Of a DNA stretch of 64,000 nucleotides, positions 28,230 to 38,148 are shown piece after piece. The notes beneath the pieces were generated by a model. That model did no database searches and was not told where the DNA came from. It saw only the letters and a list, made by a program, of their open reading frames with translations. The position numbers were made by a program, and so were the translations under genes. Source of the DNA: Elusimicrobiota bacterium (GTDB lineage: Bacteria > Elusimicrobiota > Endomicrobiia > CG1-02-37-114 > JAHJSO01); contig JBDRQF010000061.1 in assembly GCA_043826435.1 (NCBI GenBank), forward strand, positions 6,919 to 70,918. The letters run 5' to 3'. Position 1 is the stretch's first letter. Every line of letters starts with the position of its first letter.

Positions 28230-29381
28230 ATGAACGTTGTTATACTCGGTTCAACAGGCTCAATAGGAATAAAGGCGCTTGACGTCGCCCGTCGGATGAA
28301 AGACAGGTTCAGGGTCGTCGGCCTTTCGGCGTATTCAAACATGGGACTGCTGAAAAGGCAGGTCCGGGAGTTTTCGCCTCTGGCAGTGTGCGTCGGCAAA
28401 CCGGAAGACGCCCGCCTGTTCAGCCGCAGGGGGCTGGAGGTATTTTCTGGTAACGACGGACTGTCTGCACTTGCAGGGATGGTGCCCGCGGACGTCGTCC
28501 TGATAGCGGTCGTCGGCGCCGTAGGGATATACCCATTGTTGGCGGCCGTTAAATCCGGCAGGCGGGTAGCCCTGGCGAACAAGGAGTCAATGGTTATCGC
28601 CGGGGGTATCGTGAGAAAGATGTTGTCCCCGGGACGGCGGCGCCCGGCCGAGCGCGTTTCCGGGATACTTCCCGTTGACAGCGAACACTCAGCAATATTC
28701 CAGTGCATCTCCGGCGAGAAAAAGGAAAACGTAAAACGGCTGATATTAACCGGCTCAGGCGGCCCGTTCTACAGGAAAAACATTAATTTTGATAAAATCA
28801 CTGTCCGGCAGGCGCTTGACCACCCTAACTGGAAGATGGGGAAAAAAATAACCGTTGACTCATCCACGCTTATGAACAAGGGCCTTGAGGTGATAGAAGC
28901 CCGCCACCTGTTTGACATACCCTTTAACAGGATAGACGTGCTTATCCACCCGCAGTCAATCGTCCATTCAATGGTTGAATTTTCAGACGGCGCGGTTCTC
29001 GGGCTGATGTCGGTTCCGGATATGAAACTGTCAATCCAGTATGCGCTCACTTACCCCGAACGCTACCCTACAGGGATTAAGTCCCTTAAATTAGACAAAA
29101 TAAAACGACTGGAGTTCTTTTCACCTGATTTCAGAAAGTTCAGGTGTCTCTCGCTTGCCATTGCCGCCGGGAAGGAAGGCAATACGATGCCTGCCGTCCT
29201 GAACGCCTCAAACGAGGTGGCGGTGCAGGCATTCTTACAGGGAAGAATAAGGTTTTCGGGCATACCCGCAATCATTGAAGAGACGATGGAAAAACACACC
29301 GTCGTAAAAGACCCGTCGCCGGACGACGTCATTTCTGCCGACGGGTGGGCGAGAAAGTTCGCCGGAAAGGGGATAAATTAA
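28230..29381 (+). CDS. dxr: 1-deoxy-D-xylulose 5-phosphate reductoisomerase
   Basis: MNVVILGSTGSIG N-terminus. DXR family. Confidence 0.9.
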   Translation: MNVVILGSTGSIGIKALDVARRMKDRFRVVGLSAYSNMGLLKRQVREFSPLAVCVGKPEDARLFSRRGLEVFSGNDGLSALAGMVPADVVLIAVVGAVGIYPLLAAVKSGRRVALANKESMVIAGGIVRKMLSPGRRRPAERVSGILPVDSEHSAIFQCISGEKKENVKRLILTGSGGPFYRKNINFDKITVRQALDHPNWKMGKKITVDSSTLMNKGLEVIEARHLFDIPFNRIDVLIHPQSIVHSMVEFSDGAVLGLMSVPDMKLSIQYALTYPERYPTGIKSLKLDKIKRLEFFSPDFRKFRCLSLAIAAGKEGNTMPAVLNASNEVAVQAFLQGRIRFSGIPAIIEETMEKHTVVKDPSPDDVISADGWARKFAGKGIN

Positions 29382-29382
29382 A

Positions 29383-30438
29383 ATGTTTTTTGAAGCGTTT
29401 GCCGTTGTCTGGACTTTCGGTATAATAATATTTCTGCACGAATTGGGGCATTTCCTTTCCGCCCGGTGGATGGGCGTGAGGGTTGAAAAATTTTCTTTCG
29501 GGTTCGGGCCTGAAATCGTCGGTAAAACAATCGGGGACACCCGCTATTGTATATGCGTGTTCCCGTTAGGCGGAATGGTAAAACTTGCCGGTGAACAACA
29601 GGACGAAACCAGCGGCAGGACGGACGAGTTTTATTCACAGGCGTGGTACAGGAGGGTATTTATAGTGGCGTCAGGCCCCGTTATGAATTTTATTCTGGCG
29701 ATATGTTTCTTTTTTATAACAATTTTTTTCTGGGGCGTCGGGGCGCCGTCCAGCGAGCCGGTAGTGGGGGATTTGATGCAGGGTTTTCCCGCAGAACTCG
29801 CAGGAATCAAACCCGGCGATAAGATTGTTGAAATTGATGGCAGGGGGATTGGCGCCTGGCAGGACGCGTCCGAGGTTATTCATTCAAAAGGCGGCCAGAA
29901 GGTAATAATTGAAATTCTTCGTGAGAATAAAAAACTGATGTTTGAAATCGTCCCCAGGCAGGACAGTGAACTGAATATAGGCCTTATAGGAATAATTCCC
30001 GTATTGGCTGTCCAAAAGGTCGGGCCGATAAAATCGCTGGGTTATTCAATTGGGCACACATTCGGATTGAGCGTCTTTTATGTAAGGTATATACTGGACA
30101 GAATAATAAAACTGAAAAAACCCGATGTCGCAGGGCCCATCGGCATTGCCCAGTTTATCGCCAGGGCGGCAAGGCAGGGGGTTTCAAGTTTGCTTAATTT
30201 TGTCGGCGGGATATCCGTAATGGTGGGGTTGTTAAACCTTTTTCCGATACCCATCCTGGACGGCGGGCACATATTCTTTTTTGTGCTGGAGGGGATTTTC
30301 CGCCGCAGGGTAAATAAAAAAATTATTGAGACGGCGAATTTTGTCGGACTTTTTGTTATTCTGTCTATTTTTTTATATGCCTTTTACAGCGACTTCCAGC
30401 GACTGGGCATACTCCAGCGGTTGGGCATACTCCCCTGA
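29383..30438 (+). CDS. rseP: RIP metalloprotease RseP (site-2 protease) with PDZ domain
   Basis: HELGHF zinc motif, PDZ segment and C-terminal TM helix. The C-terminus carries a tandem QRLGIL duplication derived from a repeat element. Confidence 0.85.
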   Translation: MFFEAFAVVWTFGIIIFLHELGHFLSARWMGVRVEKFSFGFGPEIVGKTIGDTRYCICVFPLGGMVKLAGEQQDETSGRTDEFYSQAWYRRVFIVASGPVMNFILAICFFFITIFFWGVGAPSSEPVVGDLMQGFPAELAGIKPGDKIVEIDGRGIGAWQDASEVIHSKGGQKVIIEILRENKKLMFEIVPRQDSELNIGLIGIIPVLAVQKVGPIKSLGYSIGHTFGLSVFYVRYILDRIIKLKKPDVAGPIGIAQFIARAARQGVSSLLNFVGGISVMVGLLNLFPIPILDGGHIFFFVLEGIFRRRVNKKIIETANFVGLFVILSIFLYAFYSDFQRLGILQRLGILP

Positions 30439-30463
30439 CATGGAAGAGTTGTCAATCAATTAT
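30395..30463 (+). repeat. 18-bp tandem duplication (CAGCGRYTGGGCATACTC x2), a degenerate REP remnant and the 27-nt TGACA-N9-TGTCA motif
   Basis: The 27-nt sequence TGACATGGAAGAGTTGTCAATCAATTAT is nearly identical to 61805-61831 and ends in the treS ATG. Confidence 0.5.
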
Positions 30464-33400
30464 GTCTAAAGAAGAAAAAAACTTTTCGGCTGAACCTTGC
30501 TGGTATAAAGATGCAATAATTTATGAACTGCATGTAAAAACATTTAATGATAGCGATGGGGACGGTATCGGCGACTTCAAAGGACTTACCCAAAAACTTG
30601 ATTATCTTAAAGGACTCGGCATAACTGCAATATGGCTTCTTCCTTTTTATCCTTCGCCCTTAAAAGACGACGGCTATGACATATCCGATTATTTTGGCAT
30701 CCATCCGAATTACGGTAGTATTAAGGACTTTAAGGAATTCCTGAATGAAGCGCATAAAAGAGGAATAATGGTCATCACCGAACTTATTCTAAACCATACT
30801 TCGGACCAGCACGAATGGTTCAAAAGAGCGAGGGAATCAAAACCCGGTTCGGTGTCCAGAGATTTTTATGTATGGAGCGATACGCCTGAAAAATACAAGG
30901 ATGCACGAATAATTTTTAAGGATTTTGAGACATCTAACTGGGCATGGGACCCTGTCGCAAATGCGTACTACTGGCACCGTTTTTATTCTCATCAGCCGGA
31001 TTTGAATTATGACAACGGACAAGTTCAGAAAGCGGTATTGAAAGTTATAGATTATTGGTTTGATATGGGTATTGATGGTATGCGTCTGGATGCGGTTCCG
31101 TATCTTTTTGAAAAAGAAGGGACGAATTGCGAAAACCTGCCCGAGACCCACGAATTCTTAAAAAAATTAAGGGCGTATGTTGACGGCAAACATAAAAATA
31201 AAATGCTTCTTGCGGAAGCGAACCAGTGGCCGGAAGACGCTTCTGCTTATTTCGCGGACGGCACTGCCTGCCATATGGCGTTTCACTTCCCGATTATGCC
31301 CAGAATGTTTATGGCGATATGGATGGAGGACAGATTTCCCATAATAGATATTATTGAACAAACCCCTGAAATTCCTCAAATATGTCAGTGGGCGCTTTTC
31401 TTAAGAAATCACGATGAATTGACGCTTGAAATGGTTGCCGACGAGGAAAGGGACTACATGTACAGGGTCTATGCAAAAGACCCCAGCGCAAGAATCAACC
31501 TTGGCATCCGCCGCCGTCTGGCACCTCTTCTTGGAAATCACAGAAGAAAAATAGAACTGATGAATTTTTTACTTTTTTCTTTACCCGGCACCCCGGTCAT
31601 TTATTACGGGGATGAAGTTGGAATGGGCGACAATTATTATCTCGGCGACAGAAACGGCGTCCGAACCCCTATGCAATGGAACGCTGATAGAAATGCAGGG
31701 TTTTCAATGGCAAATCCACAGAAACTTTATCTGCCGATTATAATTGACCCGGAATATCATTATGAGTATATCAATGTTGAAAACAGCGGAAGAAACCAGT
31801 CGTCTCTTCTGTGGTGGATGAAAAGAGTCATCGCCGTTCGCAAAAGGTTTAAATCATTTGGAAGAGGGGACATAGAATTTTTACCTTCTGACAATCCTAA
31901 GGTTCTTACATTTATAAGGAAATATCAAGATGAGAATATTCTTGTAGTGATTAATCTGTCGAGGTTTTCACAGGCAGTTGAACTTGACCTTTCAAAGTAT
32001 GCCGGATATTTCCCACAGGAAATATTCAGTAGAAACAAATTCCCGCTGATAAAAGATTCTCCATACACTTTTACTTTAGGGTTTTATGATTATTTTTGGT
32101 TTGTGCTCAGAAAAAAAGAGGATCCCTTGAAAATCACTGAAACGGCCATACCAGAACTAAATATTGGAGAAAAATGGACAGGGGTTATAGACGAAAAGAC
32201 AAAAGAAAACATAGAGAGCGAAGCGCTTCCTTTTTACTTAGAAAAGTGCAGATGGTTCAGGTCTAAAGCAAGGAGAATTCAGTCGGTGAGGATTTCTGAA
32301 AACATAGCGATTGGGAAAAGCCCTTCGGCCACTCAATTACTTTTCCTGGAAGTTTTATATATAGAAGGATTGTCAGAAACATATCTGCTGCCGGTATGTT
32401 TCGCATCAAAAGACGAAGCGGATAAAATTATAAAAGAAAATACCGGCGCGGTTATTGCACGACTGAAATGCAAAGATACGGATGGTATTATTTACGAGGG
32501 CGTTTATAACGATGAGTTTCGCAAAAATATTCTTTTGATGATTGCCAGAAAGGATAGTATTGAGGGATTACATGGAAAACTCATCGCATATCCGGGTAAG
32601 TTTTTGAAAAAATTATTCTACCCTAATAAAATACTGCCTCTTGAAAAGTCGCGGGTTTTGAAAGCAGAACAAAGCAATACTTCTTTTCTATATGGGGAAG
32701 AACTGTTTTTTAAACTTTTCAGGATGCTGGATGAGGGTATAAATCCCGAACTTGAAATTGGAAGGTTTCTTACTGAAAAAACACAGTTTAAGAACGCACC
32801 CTTATTCGCCGGAGCGATAGAGTATATAAGCCCCGGCTTAAAGCCAATGGTTATAGGGATACTTCAAAGTTCAGTTTCAAACGAGGGAGATACATGGAAA
32901 TACACTTTAGATTCTCTGGGAAGATACTACGAGAGAATGCTTGCAAAAAAAAGCGAAGTTCAAAAACTACCGCAAATACCAACTTCAATTATGGAAATCG
33001 CTTATAGCGAAATTCCACCGCTGGTGGGCGAATTGGTCGGTGGTGATTATTTTGAAATGGTACGACTTTTAGGAAAAAGGACGGCAGAGATGCATCTTGC
33101 TCTTTATTCTGAAATGCAAGACGAAAATTTTGTTCCGGAACCCTTTTCAATGCTTTATCAACGTTCACTTTATCAGTCAATGCAGTCGCTTACAAAGAAA
33201 GTTTTTGACGCTCTGCGAAAAAATCAGAAAAATTTGTCGGAAAATGCCAGAGATGAAGTTGTCAAACTACTAAGTTTGGAAAAAGAGATAGTTAATAAGT
33301 TCCAAGTCCTGCTCACCAGGAAGATATCAGCAATGAAAATAAGAATACATGGGGACTACCATCTCGGTCAAGTTCTTTTTACCGGAAACGACTTTATAAT

Positions 33401-33797
33401 CATTGATTTTGAGGGCGAACCTATGAGGTCATTAAGCGAAAGAAGATTTAAAAGATCCCCTTTAAGGGATGTTGCAGGAATGATACGTTCGTTTCATTAT
33501 GCCGCGTACACATCATTTACGAAGGATTTACCTATTAAAATTGAAGATTTTTCCGAAATAGAACCGTGGGCTGTTTTATGGTACAAATACATCTCCGGTG
33601 CATTTTTGAGGTCATACCTTGACACTGTGAAAAACATACCGTTTATTCCACAAGATAGGGAAGAATTCAACATTCTGCTGAATGTATATCTTCTGGAAAA
33701 GGCGGTTTACGAACTCGGGTACGAAATCAATAATCGTCCGGAATGGCTCTTTATTCCATTGAATGGAATTAAACAAATACTGGAAGACCAGAAATGA
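30462..33797 (+). CDS. treS: trehalose synthase (GH13) fused to maltokinase (TreS-Mak/Pep2)
   Basis: 1111 aa. The N-terminal alpha-amylase catalytic domain has WLLPFYPSP and DGMRLDAV. The C-terminal maltokinase has HGDYHLGQVLF and IIDFEGEP. The gene is AT-rich relative to its flanks. Confidence 0.8.
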   Translation: MSKEEKNFSAEPCWYKDAIIYELHVKTFNDSDGDGIGDFKGLTQKLDYLKGLGITAIWLLPFYPSPLKDDGYDISDYFGIHPNYGSIKDFKEFLNEAHKRGIMVITELILNHTSDQHEWFKRARESKPGSVSRDFYVWSDTPEKYKDARIIFKDFETSNWAWDPVANAYYWHRFYSHQPDLNYDNGQVQKAVLKVIDYWFDMGIDGMRLDAVPYLFEKEGTNCENLPETHEFLKKLRAYVDGKHKNKMLLAEANQWPEDASAYFADGTACHMAFHFPIMPRMFMAIWMEDRFPIIDIIEQTPEIPQICQWALFLRNHDELTLEMVADEERDYMYRVYAKDPSARINLGIRRRLAPLLGNHRRKIELMNFLLFSLPGTPVIYYGDEVGMGDNYYLGDRNGVRTPMQWNADRNAGFSMANPQKLYLPIIIDPEYHYEYINVENSGRNQSSLLWWMKRVIAVRKRFKSFGRGDIEFLPSDNPKVLTFIRKYQDENILVVINLSRFSQAVELDLSKYAGYFPQEIFSRNKFPLIKDSPYTFTLGFYDYFWFVLRKKEDPLKITETAIPELNIGEKWTGVIDEKTKENIESEALPFYLEKCRWFRSKARRIQSVRISENIAIGKSPSATQLLFLEVLYIEGLSETYLLPVCFASKDEADKIIKENTGAVIARLKCKDTDGIIYEGVYNDEFRKNILLMIARKDSIEGLHGKLIAYPGKFLKKLFYPNKILPLEKSRVLKAEQSNTSFLYGEELFFKLFRMLDEGINPELEIGRFLTEKTQFKNAPLFAGAIEYISPGLKPMVIGILQSSVSNEGDTWKYTLDSLGRYYERMLAKKSEVQKLPQIPTSIMEIAYSEIPPLVGELVGGDYFEMVRLLGKRTAEMHLALYSEMQDENFVPEPFSMLYQRSLYQSMQSLTKKVFDALRKNQKNLSENARDEVVKLLSLEKEIVNKFQVLLTRKISAMKIRIHGDYHLGQVLFTGNDFIIIDFEGEPMRSLSERRFKRSPLRDVAGMIRSFHYAAYTSFTKDLPIKIEDFSEIEPWAVLWYKYISGAFLRSYLDTVKNIPFIPQDREEFNILLNVYLLEKAVYELGYEINNRPEWLFIPLNGIKQILEDQK

Positions 33798-33901
33798 AAA
33801 TCGGTGTCCTGTATTAAAATGTTTTCTAATTTTGATAATCCTCAGTTCAATAACGAAGTGCAACACTTGAGTAAGCGGAAAGGGAAAAAATTAACAAAGT
33901 T

Positions 33902-35005
33902 ATGAAAATGGACCGCAATGAGACACGGAAAATAAGGATCGGCAAAACGTTAATCGGCGGCGGCGCTCCTGTAGCCGTGCAGTCAATGACCAAGACGGAC
34001 ACTACGGACGTCTCCGCTACGGTCGCACAGATTAAGGAACTGGAGAAAGCCGGGTGCGAGATAGTCCGGGTAGCCGTGCCGAATATGGAATCCGCAAAAT
34101 GTCTTTCAAAAATAAAAAAAGAAATAAATATCCCGCTTGTGGCGGACGTCCATTTTGACTACAAACTCGCGATGGAATCAATATTACAGGGAGCGGACAA
34201 GATAAGGATTAACCCCGGGAATATCGGGTCAAAGGGAAAGGTCCGGCAGGTCGTTTTACTCGCAGGCGAGAAAAAGATTCCGATAAGGGTGGGCATAAAC
34301 GCCGGCTCGTTGAAAATAACCTTCGGCGGCGCCGGCAGTTCCGGCGGCAGGAAGAAGGAGCGGGTCTCTCCTGACGCAAAAGACATGGTGTCATCCGCCC
34401 TGGATTATATCAAAATGTTTAACGACTGGGGGTTTTTTGATATCGTCATATCGCTTAAATCAAGCGACGTCGTAACCACCGTAGAAGCATACACAAAGTT
34501 TGCAGAAAAATCGGATGCGCCCCTGCACTTAGGCATAACGGAGTCGGGCCCGCCCGGCATAGGGACGGTAAAGTCATCCGTCGGGTTGGGGATACTTCTG
34601 CACCGGGGCATCGGCGACACGATAAGGGTTTCGCTTACTTCAGACCCCGTTGAGGAAGTCCGGGTTGCATGGCTAATCCTTCAATCACTAAATCTCAGAA
34701 ATTATGGTATTGATATAATTTCCTGCCCTACGTGCGCCAGGTGCCGGACTGACATAGTAAAGGTAGTTGAGACGCTCCAGGAAAGGGCAGCGTCACTGCG
34801 GAGCCGCACAGCCGGGAAGCCGCTGAGGGTTGCGATAATGGGCTGCGAGGTAAACGGCCCGGGTGAGGCGTCCCACGCAGACATCGGCATTGCCGCAGGG
34901 AAGAACACGGGGCTTTTGTTTAAACGCGGCAGGCCGGTTAGAAAGATCGCTCCGGACGAGTGGATTGAACAACTTATATTAGAGATAGAACGGTTTGGAG
35001 AATAG
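33902..35005 (+). CDS. ispG: 4-hydroxy-3-methylbut-2-en-1-yl diphosphate synthase (GcpE)
   Basis: IRIGKTLIGGGAPVAVQSMT and CPTCARC cluster. Confidence 0.9.
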   Translation: MKMDRNETRKIRIGKTLIGGGAPVAVQSMTKTDTTDVSATVAQIKELEKAGCEIVRVAVPNMESAKCLSKIKKEINIPLVADVHFDYKLAMESILQGADKIRINPGNIGSKGKVRQVVLLAGEKKIPIRVGINAGSLKITFGGAGSSGGRKKERVSPDAKDMVSSALDYIKMFNDWGFFDIVISLKSSDVVTTVEAYTKFAEKSDAPLHLGITESGPPGIGTVKSSVGLGILLHRGIGDTIRVSLTSDPVEEVRVAWLILQSLNLRNYGIDIISCPTCARCRTDIVKVVETLQERAASLRSRTAGKPLRVAIMGCEVNGPGEASHADIGIAAGKNTGLLFKRGRPVRKIAPDEWIEQLILEIERFGE

Positions 35006-35053
35006 GATGAAGTAGAATTGGGAAAGGTAACTTTATTGTTTAATCAAAAACAC

Positions 35054-35084
35054 TTGACAAGGCGTTTTTGACATTATGTATAAT
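35054..35084 (+). promoter_or_regulatory. sigma70-like promoter (TTGACA ... TGTATAAT extended -10) at the start of a 540-bp leader
   Basis: TTGACA 35054-59. TGTATAAT 35077-84 (the TTGACA-to-TATAAT spacing is 19 nt, and TG is directly adjacent, making an extended -10). Confidence 0.35.
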
Positions 35085-35359
35085 TATTTAGCGGTACATA
35101 AGTATTATTACATAATATGAATACGCATCATTATTGAACTGAAACCTTTCGGTATAGAATCTATCCGCACGGTTATTTTCCCGAACTTAATATCGGGAAA
35201 TCATTCAGTATTAAAAAAACAATAGCGTACATTAAAAAGATTCCGGATAAAAATGCAAAGGTTTTGGCATTATCAAGGTTGAAGGAGATACTTAATCCAT
35301 AAAAATTAACCGCTGCCTGATACCCCCGCCCGGCTGCCGGAATTAAATCATCACAAGTA

Positions 35360-35388
35360 TTGAAGTTTTCGGCAAAATTTTATATAAT
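35360..35388 (+). promoter_or_regulatory. near-consensus promoter TTGAAG-N17-TATAAT upstream of the dinD-like gene
   Basis: Hexamers and spacing were counted directly from the sequence. Confidence 0.45.
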
Positions 35389-35549
35389 GGGAGTGTTGAA
35401 AAAAACTCTATCAATTCTAATCTCCAGAATACACCTGCAAAACATCATAGGCAATATTGTTTTTGATAATTTGCCGGCGAAGTAGAATTTGAGGACAGAA
35501 CCAAAATTAATACCGAAGATTTGGATTATAAATTCGTTAAGCCCTTAAT

Positions 35550-36404
35550 TTGGTGAGAGTAAAATTTATGGATAATACAAAAATCGCCTTATTTAAAGGC
35601 AAAAAAATCAGACGAGTCATTTACCAAAATGAATGGTGGTTTTCGGTTGTTGATGTGGTCCAAGCATTAACCGATCAAACTGACGATTATACTGCCAGGA
35701 AATATTGGAATAAACTCGCGCAGCGGTTACGAGAAGAAGGAAGCGAGGTGGTGACATTTTGTCACCGACTGAAATTGGAGGCATCCGATGGAAAAAAATA
35801 TGAAACCGATTCTGCCAATACCGAAGGTGTCTTTCGTATTATTCAGTCCATTCCTTCGCCAAAAGCCGAACCGTTTAAACGATGGCTAGCAAAGGTGGGC
35901 TATGAAAGAGTGCAGGAAATTGAAAATCCAGAACTGGCAACTAAACGGACGCGTATGCTTTACAAACTCAAAGGTTATTCTGACGATTGGATTGAAAAAA
36001 GAATGCGCGGAATTGCTATCCGGGAGGAATTGACTGATGAGTGGCAGAAAAGAGGCGCGAGAGAACAGAGAGAATATGAAATTTTAACCGCAGAGATTTC
36101 CAAAGCGACTTTTGGCATAACTCCAAGCCAGTATAAGAAAATTAAAAAACTCAAGCGGGAAAACCTGCGTGATCATATGAATGACTTAGAATTGATTTTT
36201 ACAATGTTAGGTGAACGCTCAACAACTGAAATTCACAGGACAGAAGATTCAAAAGGTGTAAGCAATCTTAAAAAAGATGCCCAAGCCGGCGGTGATATTG
36301 CCGGCAATGCTCGCAGGCGACTGGAAAAAAGATTAGGGAAATCAATCGTCTCAAAAGAAAATTATTTAAGAGAACTGGAAAGCCAGAAGAAACTAAAAGG
36401 ATAA
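35550..36404 (+). CDS. dinD: DinD/RhuM-family protein with N-terminal Bro-N domain (DNA-damage-inducible protein D-like)
   Basis: KIRRVIYQNEWWFSVVDVVQAL is Bro-N. The C-terminal part matches the RhuM/DinD family layout. The true start may be ATG 35565. Confidence 0.65.
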   Translation: MVRVKFMDNTKIALFKGKKIRRVIYQNEWWFSVVDVVQALTDQTDDYTARKYWNKLAQRLREEGSEVVTFCHRLKLEASDGKKYETDSANTEGVFRIIQSIPSPKAEPFKRWLAKVGYERVQEIENPELATKRTRMLYKLKGYSDDWIEKRMRGIAIREELTDEWQKRGAREQREYEILTAEISKATFGITPSQYKKIKKLKRENLRDHMNDLELIFTMLGERSTTEIHRTEDSKGVSNLKKDAQAGGDIAGNARRRLEKRLGKSIVSKENYLRELESQKKLKG

Positions 36405-36648
36405 TTGTGTCCAAATCATACCCCTTAGAAAAGAACAATTAAAACATTTAGAAAAAGATAAAGACAAAATCAGAAACTTATTCAAAAACTCCGAAAACGA
36501 AAACATTGACATAGATATATTACTATTATTATCTTCAAAAGTCCTCAGTCCAAATATAAATGCGGATATTATTTTGACTTGGTTAGACACTTACAATCTT
36601 TATAAATATGAGATGTTTAAGCATGCCGATGATTTATATCGTAAATAA
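36397..36648 (+). pseudogene. start-less 84-codon ORF remnant (C-terminal fragment of an unknown protein)
   Basis: It is open in frame from 36397 to stop 36646-48 with no usable start. It is AT-rich and overlaps the dinD-like stop. Confidence 0.3.
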
Positions 36649-36716
36649 AATTGCCTCAGGGTAAAAATCAGTTCGGGGGTCTATCGGAAATTATAAAGCA
36701 AGCACGGAGGAGTCTA

Positions 36717-38141
36717 ATGAAAAAATACGTAATTCTATTATTGTTTTTGTCGCACTGCACGCTTTCTTACGGAACTAAATTACCTGATAATATAGTCTTG
36801 TCTGTTATGTATTTTGATAACGCATCAAAATCCCATGATTTTGATTGGATGAGGAAAGGTATTGCGGATATGGTTATTAGCGACCTTTCAAAAATCAAAA
36901 AAATAAAAGTTGTTCAACGAGAAAATTTACAAAAAGTTTTAGAAGAACAGAAACTTGCTCTGACAGGTATTATTAGTGAAGACAGTGCAGTAAAAGCGGG
37001 GAATATATTAGGGGCAAATGTTATTCTATTAGGGTCATTTATTGTTTTTAACAATGAGATAAGAATAGACGGTCAGCTTATTGATATTAAAACTTCTGAA
37101 GTTATAGATGGTGTAATGGTTGCCGGAAAAGTTTCAAAATTCTTATTATTAGAAAAACAGTTTAGCATGGAATTATTAAAAAAATTAGGTGTTAAATTGA
37201 CACCAGAAAATCAAAAATTAATTAAACATATAGAAACAGAAAATTTAGATGCACTTAAATATAACTATGAAGGCATTAGTGCAATAGATGACAAGCAAAT
37301 TGCAAAAGCATTGGAACTGTTCAAAAAAGCAACTCAAATAGCCCCTGAATATAAATCAGCCCAAAATAATTACGCTTATTTCTCAAAAAACGTATCGGGT
37401 GAAAATATATTTTCTGAAGCATTTTCACAACTTGACAATAAAACAGATTTTTTAACCACTTCTAAAAAGTTGCTTGAAGATTTAGCAGACGAGATTGTTA
37501 AAAAAGGATTTATAATCCGAATAGGAGAACCAATTATTTCAACGGACATAAATAACCCTGACAAGGTTAACATAAAAGTAGATGTAAAAATAGCCCTTGA
37601 TAAAAAAGTGAGGAACAAGATTTTTAAAGCGCAACAATCTTTGAAAGGAGGATGGTGTAAAGCAGGCGGGGTTAGTTATGGCATTTCCACGTCTGCATAT
37701 TTTGCAGCATATTATGCAGATTTCTCGTATTCAAGACTGTGGGTTGACTACGCTCCTGGGTGTATTGCTTTTTTTGGTAAAGGTGCTGATTTTTATGAAA
37801 AAGAAGAAAAAGAATATCGTTTGAACAAATATTTTTATAATCTATTAAAAGATCTAAAAGTTGTTTTTATTTTTGCAGATAAAGATGGCAATACAATCAT
37901 TGAAGTTATCGGTGCCAGTAACCCCATACCCGGGCGGGGGCGTACGGGCAGAGACCATAGGGTTTCCACTTGTGATTTGCCATTTAAGGTTCTCGGAATG
38001 CTACGCTGGAACAGTGATTTCCATTTTTTTGTTATATGGGCGAAAGAAAGAGTGGGACAAATAATATTAGCAGAAGATACGGCCGTATTGCTGAAAGATG
38101 CAAAGAAAATAACCTCAATTATATCCAGAGTAGAGAGATAA
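36717..38141 (+). CDS. secreted/lipoprotein with CsgG-like N-terminal domain and TPR-like segment, C-terminal domain unknown
   Basis: Signal peptide MKKYVILLLFLSHC after RBS GGAGG. The CsgG/HfaB-like pattern is VLSVMYFDN.S...G.ADM...L....V.RE.L..VLEEQ.L..TG......K.G..LGA..ILLGS. Very AT-rich. Confidence 0.5.
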   Translation: MKKYVILLLFLSHCTLSYGTKLPDNIVLSVMYFDNASKSHDFDWMRKGIADMVISDLSKIKKIKVVQRENLQKVLEEQKLALTGIISEDSAVKAGNILGANVILLGSFIVFNNEIRIDGQLIDIKTSEVIDGVMVAGKVSKFLLLEKQFSMELLKKLGVKLTPENQKLIKHIETENLDALKYNYEGISAIDDKQIAKALELFKKATQIAPEYKSAQNNYAYFSKNVSGENIFSEAFSQLDNKTDFLTTSKKLLEDLADEIVKKGFIIRIGEPIISTDINNPDKVNIKVDVKIALDKKVRNKIFKAQQSLKGGWCKAGGVSYGISTSAYFAAYYADFSYSRLWVDYAPGCIAFFGKGADFYEKEEKEYRLNKYFYNLLKDLKVVFIFADKDGNTIIEVIGASNPIPGRGRTGRDHRVSTCDLPFKVLGMLRWNSDFHFFVIWAKERVGQIILAEDTAVLLKDAKKITSIISRVER

Positions 38142-38148
38142 ACATATC

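Noticed and set aside
35010-35493. 11-mer GAAGTAGAATT repeated at both ends of the ispG-dinD intergenic region (possible target-site duplication)
   Set aside because: Exact 11-mer pairs are expected by chance hundreds of times in 64 kb. The copies flank only the leader, not the island.
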